Shown here: in pieces, positions 25,681 through 40,600 of the stretch | How positions within the stretch are numbered: the first letter of the stretch is position 1 | Layout: the number at the start of each line of letters is the position of its first letter | Assembly (NCBI GenBank): GCA_964234715.1 | Contig: OZ174275.1 | From: Podarcis melisellensis | Taxonomy: Eukaryota | Length of the DNA stretch: 64,000 nt | Strand: one strand, 5' to 3' | Notes under the pieces: model-generated | Seen by the model: only the letters and a program-made list of their open reading frames with translations | What the model was told of the DNA's origin: nothing | Databases searched by the model: none | Position numbers and translations under genes: made by a program

Positions 25681-28600
25681 GTGAGCGCGGCTGCGGACCC
25701 CGCTGGGTGGGCGTAAGGGCTGCGCCACCGTCTCGGCGGGATGTGGAAGGGCGGCAGGTGAGCGCTAGAAGAAGAGGCGAACTCTCCACGAGCCCCGAAA
25801 CTTCGGCCCGTGCTGAGGTCTCAAAAGAGAGGTTTGTCCTCAGGTGCGTTGTTAGGCTGCTGGAGCATCCTTTCCTTTCACGGTAGAAATACGAAAATCT
25901 CTGTAGAAGCAAATTCCGTTGTGTGAAAAGTTTGTTGAGTGAGAAGTGAATAGTGTTAAATCAGCGTTATAACTGGAGATTTCCTAATAAACTCCTCACA
26001 TTTGCCAATTGGTGTGAATTGTTTTACTCTACAGGAAAGAAAACATGAACCAAATGAATGCATGTTTGAAGAAATGTTGAATCACTATTTGTGCGTGTGT
26101 GTTTTGGAATGTATGAAGTCTTCCTTTTAAAAAAAGAAATAGGAAGTTACAGCATGATAGAAATAGAAAGTAATAGCATGTTAGTCTACGTAGTCTCTCA
26201 AGTGAGAGGTGCCTTCCTGGAATCAAGTTAACATAACAGTTGAGGATGCTGAATCTTTTAGAAATATCTAACCTGGGTCAGTGAGCAGACCAAGATGGTT
26301 GGTACAGTAGCTCCTGCATATGTGATTTCAAGTTACATAGTATTCTGTCCCATTCGCTGCACCACATTGACACAAAAAAATTAAACATGGAAACTGACAG
26401 GCAATTACGCAGTTAATCACAGGCAATACTAGCACCTTCATAGGAAAAGATCATTCAGTTTTGTGCACACATTGCTTGCAGTACATATTCTTTATAGCCT
26501 AAAAAGTGAACAATTAAGTGATGTTAGGGGTGTAGGTAACAGCAACTTTAGTCCACCTTACAGTTCTACATTTCATGCCTGCTTATACCTAATATTTTTT
26601 GTTACAATTATAAATTGGGTCATCTTAGTTATTGAAATGACTGTGTTTAATGGGAGAAAGAAGTGGAAAGACAGGACAACCTTTTCTGTCTGATGTATTA
26701 ACTTTGTGTGAGAGTGCATTGCACTAGAAATCAAATCTGGTTTGTGGTGTATATTGTTCCCTATTGATTTCAATCCTCAAGGCTTGATTACTGTAGCACA
26801 CTTTATGTGGGGCTACCCTGTATCTAGTCCGGAAGCTTCAATTTGTGCAGAATGCAGTGGCCAGACTGCTCAAAGGAGCAACACACTACTCTGCTGCTGA
26901 GGGAGCTGTTGTGGTTGCCTGTTTGTTACCTGCCTAGGTTCAAGGTACTTACATTAATTCACAAAACCCTAAACAGTACAGGCCTTTGCCATACAATTTT
27001 TCTCTTTAATGATGTTTTATTGATGCTTTTTGCTGCTTTTATTTTTATATGCTGTTAACCACTTTGGTATATTTTGATGAAAGTGTGGATTATAAATACA
27101 TAAATAAATAAATAGAAATAAACACCCACATGTGTTTCAAGTGTGTGTTTACGTATTACTTTAAATAGAACATTAAGAAGGCCGTGCAATTCCATAAGCA
27201 GTAGGACTGGAACCAAACTTACACTGAACAGAATTATACTGTAACCACAGAAACATGGCAACCAGCAGCCAGTTTGTTCATAATAACTCCTTTAGTGGCA
27301 TTGTTCAGTGGCAGAGCACAACAAACCACGCAGGAGGTCCCAAGAGCAGTCCCTGCCATCTCCAGATAGTGACTGACTGCTGTCTGAAGCCCTGGAGAAC
27401 CTTTGCCAGTCAGTCTAGCAAATACTAAGCTATATGGACAGTGGTCTGACTTGCCTTAAACCAGCACCTGATATTCCTACAAACCTGGGCTGAGGAACAT
27501 ATAGCTCCATATGCTTTAGGCCTCCGCCTGCTACCTTCTGTCCTGGGCCACATGGTTAGTGCTCAGGGATGATGGGCATTGTAGTTAAGCACATCTGGGT
27601 GGGTCACAGGCTTCCTACATGTGCAGTACTCATAGTCCTTACTCCAGGTAAAGATAAAGCATATAGTTTATATTGCCAAGGTCCCAAGTTTGATCTTGCC
27701 ACCTCCAAGCAGAAGCATTTCATCTCCATTTTGTCCCATCCTTAACTCCTGGTCACACCCATTCTTTCCTGTTGATTTATTTACTACTATGCATAAGTTT
27801 CATTTCACAAGGGTTCTGGTTTATGCTCATTGTGTATCCCTGTATGTGGTTATAGCACTAGATTGATTGGTCTACAAGAGAGGATTAATACCTATATGTC
27901 AGCTTTCCTGTATCTTGGTTTGGAATGTGTAGGAACATTTCCTCTTTTGGGTTGACGTTAGGGGTGCCCAGTGCTAATTCCCTCCAATGTCAGGTGTATT
28001 CATGTACATGCCATCTTGCATTCACAACTAGTGCAAAGGGACTTTACTGTTTTCAGTAATTTTGAATATATGAATGCTGGTGAAGTTGTTGCAACATCAC
28101 ACAGGGCTTCTGCTGCTGCACTAATTGTTTTTTCTGACTGCATGGCTCTAGGTAATGACCACATTTCATCTCTGGGAGCATTGGATGGATGGATGCTTGT
28201 CTCTGGAAGGCATGGGGTGTATGTTAAATGTTCCACTTGATCAGGAAAAAATTATTGTATTCTGCCTATAGTACCCCATTTTTAAATATTCTGTTCCCTA
28301 TCAAGAGTAAAAGAAGTATAATGCGAGTATGTAATGAATTAATTTTTATCTATAAGAGGTTTTCATATTTCTACAATAGTTTTCTAGAGTAAAGGATTGT
28401 TCTTGTAAACTTGGTAATCTGTTCTGGCGAAGGTGTTCTACCCTGAAAAAGTTTTAATTACAACAAATCACTGGTGTAGATGACACCATTATAGCTTTCA
28501 GACAAATATGTTTTATATATTTATTTGAAATTCCTAGTTGTGGCAAGAGAAGAAACATAAAATATATTGAGGACCAAATCCTCTTGTTCAGGTATTGGTT

Positions 28601-31600
28601 ACATAATTCAAAAACTTTATATGACTTTTGTGCACATTCATTGTGTGTGCTATGTCTATTTCCTGTAGTATTTCTGCCTACCATACACTTCATTCTGTAT
28701 ACCTTTAGCCACTCCTCTTTAATGTGTGCTTACCCAGTCTTCACCCATATTAGCTTGTTCCCCGGTGGATAGATTTAGGTCACATTCACAGCATACTTTT
28801 AAAGTACTATGATACCACTTTAAAGTGTCATGGCTTCTCCCAAAGAATTCTGGGAGCTGTCGTTTATTAAGCATGCTGAGAATTGTTAGGAAATCCCCAT
28901 TCCCCTCACAGAGCTACCACAGTTCCCACAGTGGTTTAACAATCAGCCCCTCTGCATAGGGAACTCTAGGAATTGAAGTTATGGGAGGGGAATAGCAGTC
29001 TCCTAACAACTTTCAGCACCCCAGGAGTGCTTTAAATGTATGATTTGAATGTGACCTTATCAGTGTACATGGCGAGAAAGAAAGAACAGTATTTATAGGC
29101 CTATAGTTGCTTCTTCATCATGTATTGCCAATGATGTCGTCAGCCACACTTGATCTGTTGCAGGATAAGAAGAATAGTGAAAATGTACTCCCCATTTCTT
29201 CACTGTATACATGGATGGAGCTTCCCTGGAGGCAGTTGGGGGTGGTGTACTCTGGCTGTGGATAGCAACTTCAACTTGGATGGTGGTGTTTTGTGGTGGG
29301 GTACAGTATTTGCTACTATGTATGGCTTATTCCCCACACTGCTTACCTTTCATGGGAACCTGCTTACTAGTGTGCATCTCCTTTTGTAAGTACAGGAGTT
29401 GAACTTCTTAGCTGTTTGTGTACTGAGCAATGGGACAGGCTGCTTCTGGAGAGCCTGAAAACATAGGAAACATTTGACACCTGCCCTTTCTTCCTTTCTT
29501 TTTCTTATTTGAATCTCACCCATAGCCATAGTTGTGACATCTCTGGCTGCTACACAAGTGCAGAGTTGCACCACCACAATGGTTTTGACAGATGTGAGCT
29601 AGGTGCAGGTGTAAATGTTCCATTTGTGTAGGAGTAGGGCTCCTTTCCATGGTGCAAAACTTGTCGGTTATCATGTGTTTTTTCCACTGTGGATAGCAGG
29701 GAACTGTCTTCACATTAGATGCTGAATTCCCAGTTCATGATCTGCCCTACCAGTCTGATCAGGTTGTGTGCATAGAGCTCATATTTTTTAATACATGTAT
29801 TTCAGAATAGTTTATGTACTGAGTCTTGTTACGTGTTTGGTGTGTGGCACCTTGTGATTCCATGTGCTTGTTCAAGAGTATGATGATTAGCTATGCTCTT
29901 TTTTCAGTTGGGGCTGTACCTGAACCTCTGCTTGAGGAACATGGGAAGCTGCCTTATACTAAATCAGACCATTTGTTTCTGTAGCTCAGTATTGTCTACA
30001 GTGACTGGCAGTGGCTCTCTGAATTTTCAGATGAGGGTATCTCCCAGCCCTATCTGGTATGCCAGGGATTGACCTTCTGATATTCTGCATGCAGTGCTGA
30101 TGCTCTACCTTTCAGCTATGGCCCGGTCCCAGATCCTCTCTGGAGTGGGTTCTGATGTAATGGATGCTGCTGCCCATGTTATTTCCCCTTGTTTAAGAGT
30201 AACTTGGTTCCCATAGCTTTTCAATTGGTTGTCTTTATGTGCTAGCCATTTCATTTCAGAGTTCTGTCCCTGTGTGTTTTGGCAGGAGGGTTATTCATGC
30301 TTGTCTAACGGTGGAGGGTGTGTGCTGTTTCCTATGAGGTAGTATGATGGTTATCAATGTACACTCATGGTCCTTGGATAGAATGCTAATGAGCAACATA
30401 TTTTTTTCCATTAGTTTCCTTTTCTTCCATCTTAGCAGCATTAGCAGCACACCACAACTTCACTAGTGCAGTAGTATTACATGGATGTGGGAATACACCT
30501 TTGGACCCAGAGATGCAAAAGTTGCCTGTAAGCTTTCTTGTCCATAAGAGAATCCACTGAAGAACTAGAGAAGACATGACTAAATAACAAGAACAATTGA
30601 ACCAAGAGCCTGTGAGCTTACTGTATGTAGGGATTCATCTGGAGGCCTTTGTCAACTTAGAGCCTTTTCAGTAGTGGAACACACCTTATTAAATACCTTA
30701 CCCAATGAGATTGTTTTTAAGTAGCAGGCAGAAACATGACTGTTTAAGAAGACTTTTGACTGCCTTCTCCCCACTCTCAGTTTAATTTGTTTAATGTTGT
30801 GCCCTTATGTGATTTTCAACCTGACATGTTAACAATTGCTCATTACCACTATTTTTTTAGAATTGCTGCTCTTTTATGTTTTTACATTGTATGAAACTTT
30901 GTTTTGGAAACCACCCTGATTCCATCCCCCCCCCCCCTTTAAAGGCAGGACATAGGTTTTTACAATAAATTAATTGTAAATTACAATAAATAAATTGAGC
31001 CAAGAATTTAGCACTGTGTTCTAGGATAAAGTTTTGGAAATGGAAATCTCAATGTATGGAAGTAGGCTAAAGATTTGATCAAAGTTTCAGCAAACTATTT
31101 GTTTCCTCTGCAGATTCAGAGTGCAAACAAGAATGTGTTGCAAATGCAGCTTCATGAAAAATACACATTGTAGAGAATTCAAAGCCTCTGTGCCATGCAA
31201 AAATAAAGAAGCACATACTGTGGCTTGGGTCCAGAGTTCCTGCAGGCAGAACTTCACTCAATCTGTGCTCCCATTGGAGGAAAGGAAAAGCAATCTCCAC
31301 TGATGCTTCCTGCCCCCTGAAAAATTCTCTGAGGCGAGGGTGTTGAGGAAGATCCTTTGGAACCGCATGGGAGGTAGCAGGAGGAGGAAATCTGCAAAAA
31401 TGGCCATCTTGGCCTCCCTCCAGCAGGAGCCATTCCTTCCACAAATGAAGGGAAACTCTTGATGAAGCCTCGTGCATTTAAATTTTGAAGAAAAGGGTCG
31501 GGCTTTCCATGGAATTGAGCTTTACTCTGATTGTAAAAAGAAATAAGATAGTCATATTTCAAATTTGAAAGGGGTCCAAAGTAATGAAAAGCAAAGTATG

Positions 31601-34600
31601 AAGCCGGTGAAATTCCAGCTGCATATTTCCTATATGGAGCTTTTTCTTACTCCAAAGGTTTTAAAACTCACTCTAAAAAATGTCTTAACAGTTCCTGATT
31701 CACTTGGAAGTACTAGGGTGTAGGGGTAAAACAAAAATTAACCCCAAATCTTTTCCTATACTGCTAAAAAAGAAATTGTATGCTGTTGTGTCTTTGGAAT
31801 ACCAATTGCATCTAATGGTCTTGATTCACTTTTTCAAGTTCCAATAAATATTGTTTGGCAAAAAAGAAAAAAATTGAGAGCCATCTAGGATGCAGGGAGA
31901 AACTGTGTAAATCATCAATTCTCTATTTGTGGAATTAGAAATGAATAAACTCTGGAATTCCCTCTTGCCTTGAAAAAGTGGATATCAGCACTGTAGTATC
32001 AAAAGAATGCAGTTTGAGTCTGAAGAGACACAACATGTAGCACTGTCTCCTTGGGAAGGGAAGTTGCTGAAAATAAATAGGTCTGTATTATTTATTGAGA
32101 CTATACTGTATTGTGTGTAGGGAAGAACTCTTGTGTCAGGCCTATTGCATGGTTCAAAAACTGCCCAGAAATACAGCAAATAAAATAAAAGCTGTTACCT
32201 ATTTGAGACATGACCAGATAACCAAGAATGTGCAGGTCTTGCTCACATGATGCTTGCAAACACATTTAACATGATCTTTGGAAGGTTTCAATAGCATCAT
32301 CAACAGCCGCTACCCTTGTTCCTGATGATAAGTCATCAGGAAACTACTTTGTAGTATATGTGTGGGTGGTGTTGCTGGATATGCACTGTTTTCTCCTCCC
32401 CTGTAGCTTATGTGATTCTGCCTTAGGTTCCTGGAGGCTATTGAGGACATTCTTCTGATGGTGTGGGTTTTTCATTGCTTTGCAATGGCAGTCAGTATTT
32501 GCTACAAGGCTAGGGTGGTCTTGTGCCCCTACTGTCTTAGTTTAGTTGAAAGTGAGTATCACAAGCTGTACTGTGGTCTTTACTGAGGAAATCTAAATAT
32601 ATTTTTCTTGATGTCAGAAAGCTAACAATAAGTAAGTTTCCAATCTTCTGCTTTGCAGATTTAAGAGGTATCCTAAAAATAGAATTAAGTGCTGATAGCT
32701 TGAAAATGTTGAAGTGACTTGATTTTCCTATCACCCTTTAATATCACTGCTGTTCTTAATTGATAACATTTTGTTAGTAGTAACTTTTCTTTTTCTTATG
32801 CGTAATATCCATTCCTTATTGAGGATTTGTCTCGTACTACTATGTAAAACTATTTCTACTGCTAGTAAGTTTTTTGTAGCATGTACTACTTTCTACTTGA
32901 AGACTTCCCAGTATTTGACTTTATAAAGATTGCTTGAAGCAGGAGCTGCTGCTATGTTTAAAATGGTCTGAAACACCCAAGTTTCTTTTATTCTAGATAA
33001 TTGGAATGTAACAAGCATATCACTAGTTCTATGAAACCAACAAATGGTTGTGACCTGCATCCCAATATATTGACTTTAATCCAATTTAGCATACTCATGC
33101 TAAAGCCCATTGAAAACTATGTAACAGGCTAATTGCGATTAAAAGTTCGATTCATTTCAGCGGAGTTAAGCACATCCATCTGAAATTAAGACAGTGGCCA
33201 TGATTCAGTACATGCCAGAATTCTGATGTTCTTGATAACATATGATAAATAGTTGAATTCAAACCCATAACAAATGCTAGAATTTGATTGTTTATATCCT
33301 GCATGAGTTTTTGCAGTCTTGCTAGTTTAAAACATTGAAGAATCCTTCCGGTGGGAAGCCATACCTTACAATAATCTGTGAATTACAGTAATAGTAATGT
33401 GTATTTGTTTTATTTATTCAATCTATTAGTTGCTTTTTTACCAGAGAAACACAAAGCGACTTTGAGTATATAAACAGACACACACATTAAAACTGGCATA
33501 AAGGAAAAGAGGAAAAAATCTGAAAAATAACCCTGTTTTTAAAAGGCAGTACAAGCTTTATGTTCTAGCTGCTGCTGTGTATACAAATTGGGCCAGATTA
33601 TGTTGCATGGGAAGATGAAAATTTTATATACCACTCTACATAATACTGGATTTCATATATATATAGAGAGAGAGAGAGAGAGTGTGTGTGTTTAGTCATT
33701 TATATCCCATTGTTTATATCCCATTGTTACTGCATTCTATCTTCTAGATAACTTTAGGCTGATAGGAATTATACATGTGTGTGCATAATGTGCATATTCA
33801 TGCATTAGAATTCTTTTACGGTGCATTTTTTTAGCTAGCAAAGGATTGCAGTGTGAATCACAGAAGACTATAACTACATTTTCAGAAGACCAGTGACATA
33901 TCATTAGAGTTTCAATATAATTGTTTGCTTCTGATAGTGACTCTTTAAATGTTGTGAGGATGAAATAGTACTGCATGATACCTAACTCCTCTGAAGAAAA
34001 ATGTAGAGGCTGATTTCTAGTGGAGTTGAGTATAAATCTTGACACAACCTGATCACCTTTCATGAACAGCCTGCAACATGATACTGCTCAAATAATCCAA
34101 AATAGGGAAAGAAACCAAGAGGCCTTTCTGCCAAGTTGAGTGGCCTCTTATAGAGGTTGGTGGTTATGCTATATGTGATAGACTCCTTCACTGCATATAT
34201 GCAACAAGGAAATACCGCTCATTGGAGCAGTGAAGAAAATGAGGTGGGTCTGCACACAGTGTAGATTGGGGGAGGGGGAGATGTAAAAATGTGGTTTGAT
34301 TACCCAGTCCTCCACAAAGAATGGAGAGGCAAAACGTCTTGTGCAGTAATAGATGGCAGTGAAACATGCATTCTCCTCATCTCAGAGAAAATGATGGGGA
34401 GCTTGGGGCTACATGAAACAGCTAGTCCTACTATACTCTTTGCTCTTCCTTGCAACTAGCAAAAAGAGCATGCTTCTTTTTGAGAAGCAGGTTTTACGTT
34501 ATTACTTAAATTCTAGAAAATTATTATTTGATATAGGTGTGCTGCTATTCTGTTACGAGAAGAACTAATGTGGAGAATTGGCCCTGCTTTGCCTCTGCGT

Positions 34601-37600
34601 GTGCTCAGTGATATCTTGTGTCTTCTAGGACTCTGAGTTTAGTAATGCTGACCAGATGGATCTATATGACGACGTGCTAGCTGCCAGCTCACAACCTTCT
34701 GAAAGTTGCCCTAGCAGCTCCGAGCCACCACCCGAAAACCGTCAAGAGCAGTCTCCTAAGCCAAACAGCAAATCACCTGCTATCCTGTATACCTACAGTG
34801 GGCTGCGTAATAAGAGGGCTGCTGTTTATGTAGGCAGCTTCTCTTGGGTGAGTGCGTTCCATAATCGGAGCAGAAAGTAAAGGACCTAACAAAAACAAAG
34901 CATTTGTGTGGAAAGGCTGCATCTGCACTTTAATCTTACTGCGGATGCACTGTTCTTTAATAGAGTATAGAGCCCCATGTGGGTGGGTAGGTTTTATGCT
35001 GCTTGCCAACCTCAGTCCTCACAACACATTGGATAAATAACTAGAAGCATTGTTCGTTATTACACATTGCTCTGTTTAGGACATTTTTATCCTGCTTTTC
35101 TCACAAAGACTCAACAGTCGCTTCAAATAAATAAGCTACAGCAACATAGTATTCCGTACTATGCTAAAAAGCAACACATCTCAGAGTTGGAGAATATGAT
35201 GCTCTTGCATTAGCAGGGTAACTTTTAAGAGAAGAGGATTTAACACATTTAAGATACATCAGAAAATATGATAATAGTAGAATTGAGGCCCTTAAAACGC
35301 CATGATAGAGACATTTTCACAAAATTTTCTGTAGCTGGCATACAGGTATGAGAGTTTTCTCCTATGAATGAATCTCTTAGGACCTGAGTAAGTCATATTG
35401 GGCCTGCTGTGTCATGATTTAGGGTGTGTAGACTGATCACTGCCCTAAGTGCATGCAGTTCTCTTTAATACCTGTGGTATGTGTTGGGAAAGGGACTGCT
35501 GCTGCTGCTCCTTCAATTCCGTAGGTCTGTCTAGAATTTTCATCTTCTAGGAAGATACACGTTCACACATGTACGTGCTCACAAAAGTGACTGTAGTGGG
35601 AGGGGTTTAATCAAATGTTCCTTCATTAGACTATACCAGGAACAGTATAGGAGCCTGAGAAGGATGAGTTCTCTTACTAATATAAGGATGTAAGAGAAGG
35701 ATGAGTTCTCTTACTAATATAAGATGATGTGGGTTCTCTAAAAGGTTTCAGGTTATAATGTAATTTTCTGCTTCTTCATACATAGTGGACAACTGACCAG
35801 CAGCTGACCCGAATAATCCGTTCTGTGGGTGTTTATGATGTGGTGGAACTCAAGTTTGCTGAGAACAGAGCCAATGGCCAGTCCAAAGGGTGAGCACTCC
35901 AAGACTGCTTCATAAAAGGACCCATCATGCGGGGCTGTTATTGTGGGAGGAATGATCTAGGGACCAGTGTGGTTGATAATGGTGTGCACATAAGTCTGGT
36001 TTTCTTGCTATTTTTTAAAGGTGGCCTTAGAAGTCCCTGTAACTGTCCGGTTTGGATGCCACTGCCTTCAAACTAAATGACTACTTGTTATATGTGATTC
36101 ACGAAGGCGGTGGGCTCTGTCCAATTCTGCAGAGCGATCCCTTTTCAATGTGCTATTTGCTGCTGCTCTTAATGACAGCTTTAATTTGAAGGGCATGGAG
36201 CTGAAAATTCTGCACTGTTAATGACACTGTGCGTGTGGACAGCGGGGTTGGCCTGAGAAATCAATCAAATCGGGAATGAGAGAACCTTGGGCCTGTGGGC
36301 CACATCTGGCCGTCAGAGGATTCCCATCCAGCCTCCACAGCCTCTTGTTCTTGGCTCCTGGGCTGGCTGTGGAGGGCAGTGTTAGAAACTGGGATAGGAA
36401 CTAGGAGCCATGTGGGTGCCAAACCAAAATGTGTAGTGGGCCATTTTTATTGCTCCCCACCCCCAGACCAGGCAGCCCCACCAATAAAAATTAAAATTGC
36501 TGCTGGATGACTCAGGAGGTCTGCAGTGTAGTGTGGCAACAAAATACAAGTCTTTTGCTACCTCTCTACCCTGCCAAACACCTAGGTCACCTGGCAGCGG
36601 GGCAGCAGCAGCAAAAAACAAAGACAGATGGAGATGCTAGGCACCAAAAGTGGCGCCTGGACATCTCCATCAAGTTGCAAAAGGCCAATTGCAAAATGTG
36701 ACTGGTGCCCGCTAATTTCAAACCCTGGTGGAGCGAGCTCTCTGTCTCCCAAGCTATCACAGAAGTGCAGCAGATTGGAGGCACAGGAACTTCATCTGGA
36801 TAAGTACTGAGCCAGTGTGGTGTAGTGGTTAAGAGCGGTAGTCTCGTTATCTGGGGAACCGGGTTCGCGTCTCCGCTCCTCCACATGCAGCTGCTGGGTG
36901 ACCTTGGGCCAGTCACACTTCTATGAAGTCTCTCAGCCCCACTCACCTCACAGAGTGTTTGTTGTGGAGGAGGAAGGGAAAGGAGAATGTTAGCCGCTTT
37001 GAGACTCCTGAAGGGGAGTGAAAGGCGGGATATCAAATCCAAAAAACTCTCTTCTACTGCAGTGGGAGATAAAGGGATGAAACCACTTGCCGGAGGGGGG
37101 CACTCACATAGGAACAAATGGGAGGTTTTCCCTCAATGCATCTGTGTGTATGTGAGAGAGATAAATGTAATGAATGGTGTGAGCTCATATGTGTGAGCAG
37201 ATGAGGATTGGGGAGGGGTAAGAGAGGGAGTGGTGTGGCCCTGTCTAATTTTCCCTCCCGTCCCACCCACCAATGCTATATAGCAGTGACATTTTGTAGA
37301 CCTTGGGTGGGGGAAGATTTCTTGTCTTGGATTAGATGGTTTTCCTTACTAGAAGTTGCTGACAGTCTTCAGTTCTTTTTCCTCTGTGACCAGGTATGCA
37401 GAAGTGGTGGTTGCCTCTGAGAACTCCGTCCACAAACTTCTGGAGCTGCTACCAGGGAAGATCCTCAATGGAGATAAAGTGGAAGTGAAGTTGGCTACCC
37501 GGCAGAACCTTGCACAGTTTGAGGCTCAGGCTCGAAAAAGTAAGTTTAGATGGGGGTTGCGTTTGCTAAGTAGGGAACAAGGCAGAAATACAGGGCATCT

Positions 37601-40600
37601 CTTAGAGAAACCTGAGCAGAGCTTTAAGCCAGAAACAATTTGGATGTGTGTGAATATCCAGGGAGTGTCCATGTATATTTTCTTTTTCTGTTGCTGCTGA
37701 GTGATGCCTAAGTAGATTTTATTATCCCCTTCTATGGTGCATGATTTGAGGCACGCTTCACACTGAATGGGCTTAAGCTCTTGAAGCTGCTATAGCTAGG
37801 ACCACCCCCAGCTCCTCTCTGAACCTTCTCCAGAATTTGTGCAGCCCTGAAGAGGTAAGGTGCCCTATATTGGATTCAGTGCGCCAGCCGGGGCCTTACC
37901 TCTTGGTCATATAATTCATTTACTATTATTTATAAAACACATATCCCACCCTTTCCCCCAAAGGAGCCCAGGGTGGCAAAGGAGGACCATAATAGATGGC
38001 CCTGCTTGTCAATTTCTGTGAAAGGTATGCTGTTGAATGTATTATCTGACTTAGTAAGTGGAGAAGAGGACAGTTTCCTCTGTTGTTTGCAGAATTAATC
38101 TGGACAGTTAGGATCCACTGTTTTGTATGATCCTGTCATAGTCTCAAGTGACTATAGAGTTGCAGCCTTGCCAGCTTTAGCACAGCTGCATTTTAATAGC
38201 CTCCATGTTCTGCCCTAGAAATTGACTGAAATTCAGTGCAAAAAGTCATGTTATTCCTATGTCCCTTATCTCCATGGGGTGTCATGGTGCTGTGGTCCAT
38301 TTCTCTGTGGTAGGAAGGTCAGTCAGTGTTGCTGAATCATAAGATGAAGCGGAGCTGCTTTTAGCCCTCATCAAGCTTTTCCCTGTGAAAAACTGCTTAA
38401 AGGGGCTTATCTTATCTTCACTAGGAGGTCGCGCTGGTGAATGGCAACGCCTGACAGTAACCATGGCACGTCACCATTTTTGACAAGGCCTTCGTTAATG
38501 ACTTCCACCACTTTGTGATTCCTCGCCCAAAGGGCCTGAGAAATACAAATTTGTTGTTTTTAGTAATTTTATTTACACTCTGCCTCTCTCTAGCCCCCAA
38601 AGTGGCGAACTGTAAAGCAGACAAGCCAGTACGATAAAGAAAAACACATGCACCAGTTAAACGTTTGAAGTTCTCTTTATTGCACTCTCCTATTTATCAC
38701 AAAGGAAACCTAAAAGTGGCTTCCGTTCAGTGACCATGAAGTGAATTTTTAATGTAATTCAGACACGTGCTGAGTTTGAAATATGAATGTTATTAGATTA
38801 TCCCAGACTTGCTGTCACCAAGTCTCATGTGGTGGTGGTATAAGAGATTTCTGTGTCCCTAATTATTGTGTGTCATTGCAATTGTATGATCATGGTTTTT
38901 TTCTTTTGAAATGTTTCTCAGTTATATTTGCAGTTAATTAATTTAGCCACATTGGGACAAGATTGCAATATGTTTCAAAATCCATCTTCTCAACATTCTC
39001 TCCATTTATTTATTTTTTAGTTCTTTTGATTATTGATTTCTTTCAATTATGTTTTAGATTCTCTATCTTGAATAAAGGTCTTAATTTTTTAAAAAAATAA
39101 TGTATCAAATCTCATAACATACTATAGTTGAGCTTATTGTACATTAAAATTCCAAATTAAGATGACACAGCTTTTTTTAACCTGGAGTTTTTGAAATAAT
39201 ATATTTTTGCTTTACGCAGACATTGTAAATCTTTGTAAATACTTCCTGTAATGCCCTTCCATATTATTGCCATCTTGGTTTGTGTCAAATAAAGTTGACT
39301 CTAAGTACAGTACTTTGGTCAGCATGGCTTGATTATTTCTCTGGGGTCAATAACTCTTCATTGGGAAGAATAAAGGAGTCATGTTTCCAGATTTAGGAAG
39401 CTTTCTGACTTTGAGGCCAAGCAACTGGCCTGGTGGAGCAATGGTGGATAGTATTAATTGCCTTCCAGTACTTGGGTATTGTCCCCTTGTTTTTCTAACG
39501 TTGCATTTATTAAGAATGTCGATTTCTTAATTGTAGCCAGAAGTATTCATGACAACTGAATCTAGTTTAATTCATTAGTCAGGATCTGCTGATGTATCTA
39601 AAACTATATTGCTCTCAGAAGGACCATAAGTTTTCTTCCATTCCAGAAAGTTGCTTATTTCAGTTGCTTATTTTATGTAGAAGGAGATGCAGTTTGTATT
39701 ACAGATTAAGGTTCAGAGACTTCTCTGCATCTACATTTTGTATTCTATGAGAATGGAAATGTTGATTATTTTCTGGATGTAGTGGAAAACATTCAGTTTG
39801 CAGTAGGTGCTCAGGAAGTAGTTCAGTGACTTAAAAGTAGCAATATGTATATAAGCCTGTGGATATTTGCCTTTATATAAAGTAACGTATCCTCATATAT
39901 TGCAAGGTAGTTGATATTGGCATATTAGGTTTTAATATTTCACTTTATTGAAGAATTCTACTAAAAGAACCAAATGTTCTGCTGAGTGCATTCACTAAGC
40001 AGTAAGTTCCTGGGGTCATTATTTCAGGGGACAGGGGGAGGAGTGGGAGTTAAGCATATCTCACAAAATTATGGGTCTTGAGGATTCTGTATAATTGTGT
40101 AGTGTTAGAATGTTCATGTTTCCACTCGTTAGAATACTTATAATGGGAAAGGAGTAGGGATAACACTATAGCCAATTAGTGATTTTACTGAAGACCATTC
40201 TTGCATAATCCAGTGCTTGTTAGCTAGAATTTCAGACACATTTTACATAATTAGTTAAGAGAATTAGCTCAGTGAGAAGGCCATTCATGTACAGTTTTGT
40301 GGCTGTTGCCTCCAGTTTTCAGAGGGTAGAACAATTGCTTTGTCTGCTGAAGTTTCCATATTTAATCCCTGGCATCGCCATGTAGGATTGGAAAGAGTCT
40401 TCTCTGAAGTCCCAGAGAGCTACTGCCAGTCAGTGTAGACTATACTGAACAAGATGTGTCGATCACAGAATCAGAATTGTAAATGTTCTGACTTGGTTTA
40501 AGTCAACTTCCAAGTTCCTAGTCATCAAATGATAACCCATTTGTGGTGTTACGTTTGCACAGTGGACTTCCATTAACACATTGAATTCTGCTCATGCAGC

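Larger units (their letters stand above)
24220..25850. promoter_or_regulatory. CpG island and bidirectional SDHAF2/CPSF7 promoter
   Basis: Very GC- and CpG-rich. Contains GC boxes (GGGGCGGGG at ~25021 and ~25045), an NRF1-like ACGCATGCGC at 24881-24890 and an ETS-like CCGGAAG at ~24997. The two genes start divergently. Confidence 0.9.

Noticed and set aside
35657-35723. Direct repeats as a CRISPR-like or regulatory array
   Set aside because: Only two copies in a eukaryotic intron; a simple local duplication.
36809-36885. tRNA gene
   Set aside because: The A/B boxes belong to a SINE head that continues into a SINE body and tail; no complete cloverleaf.
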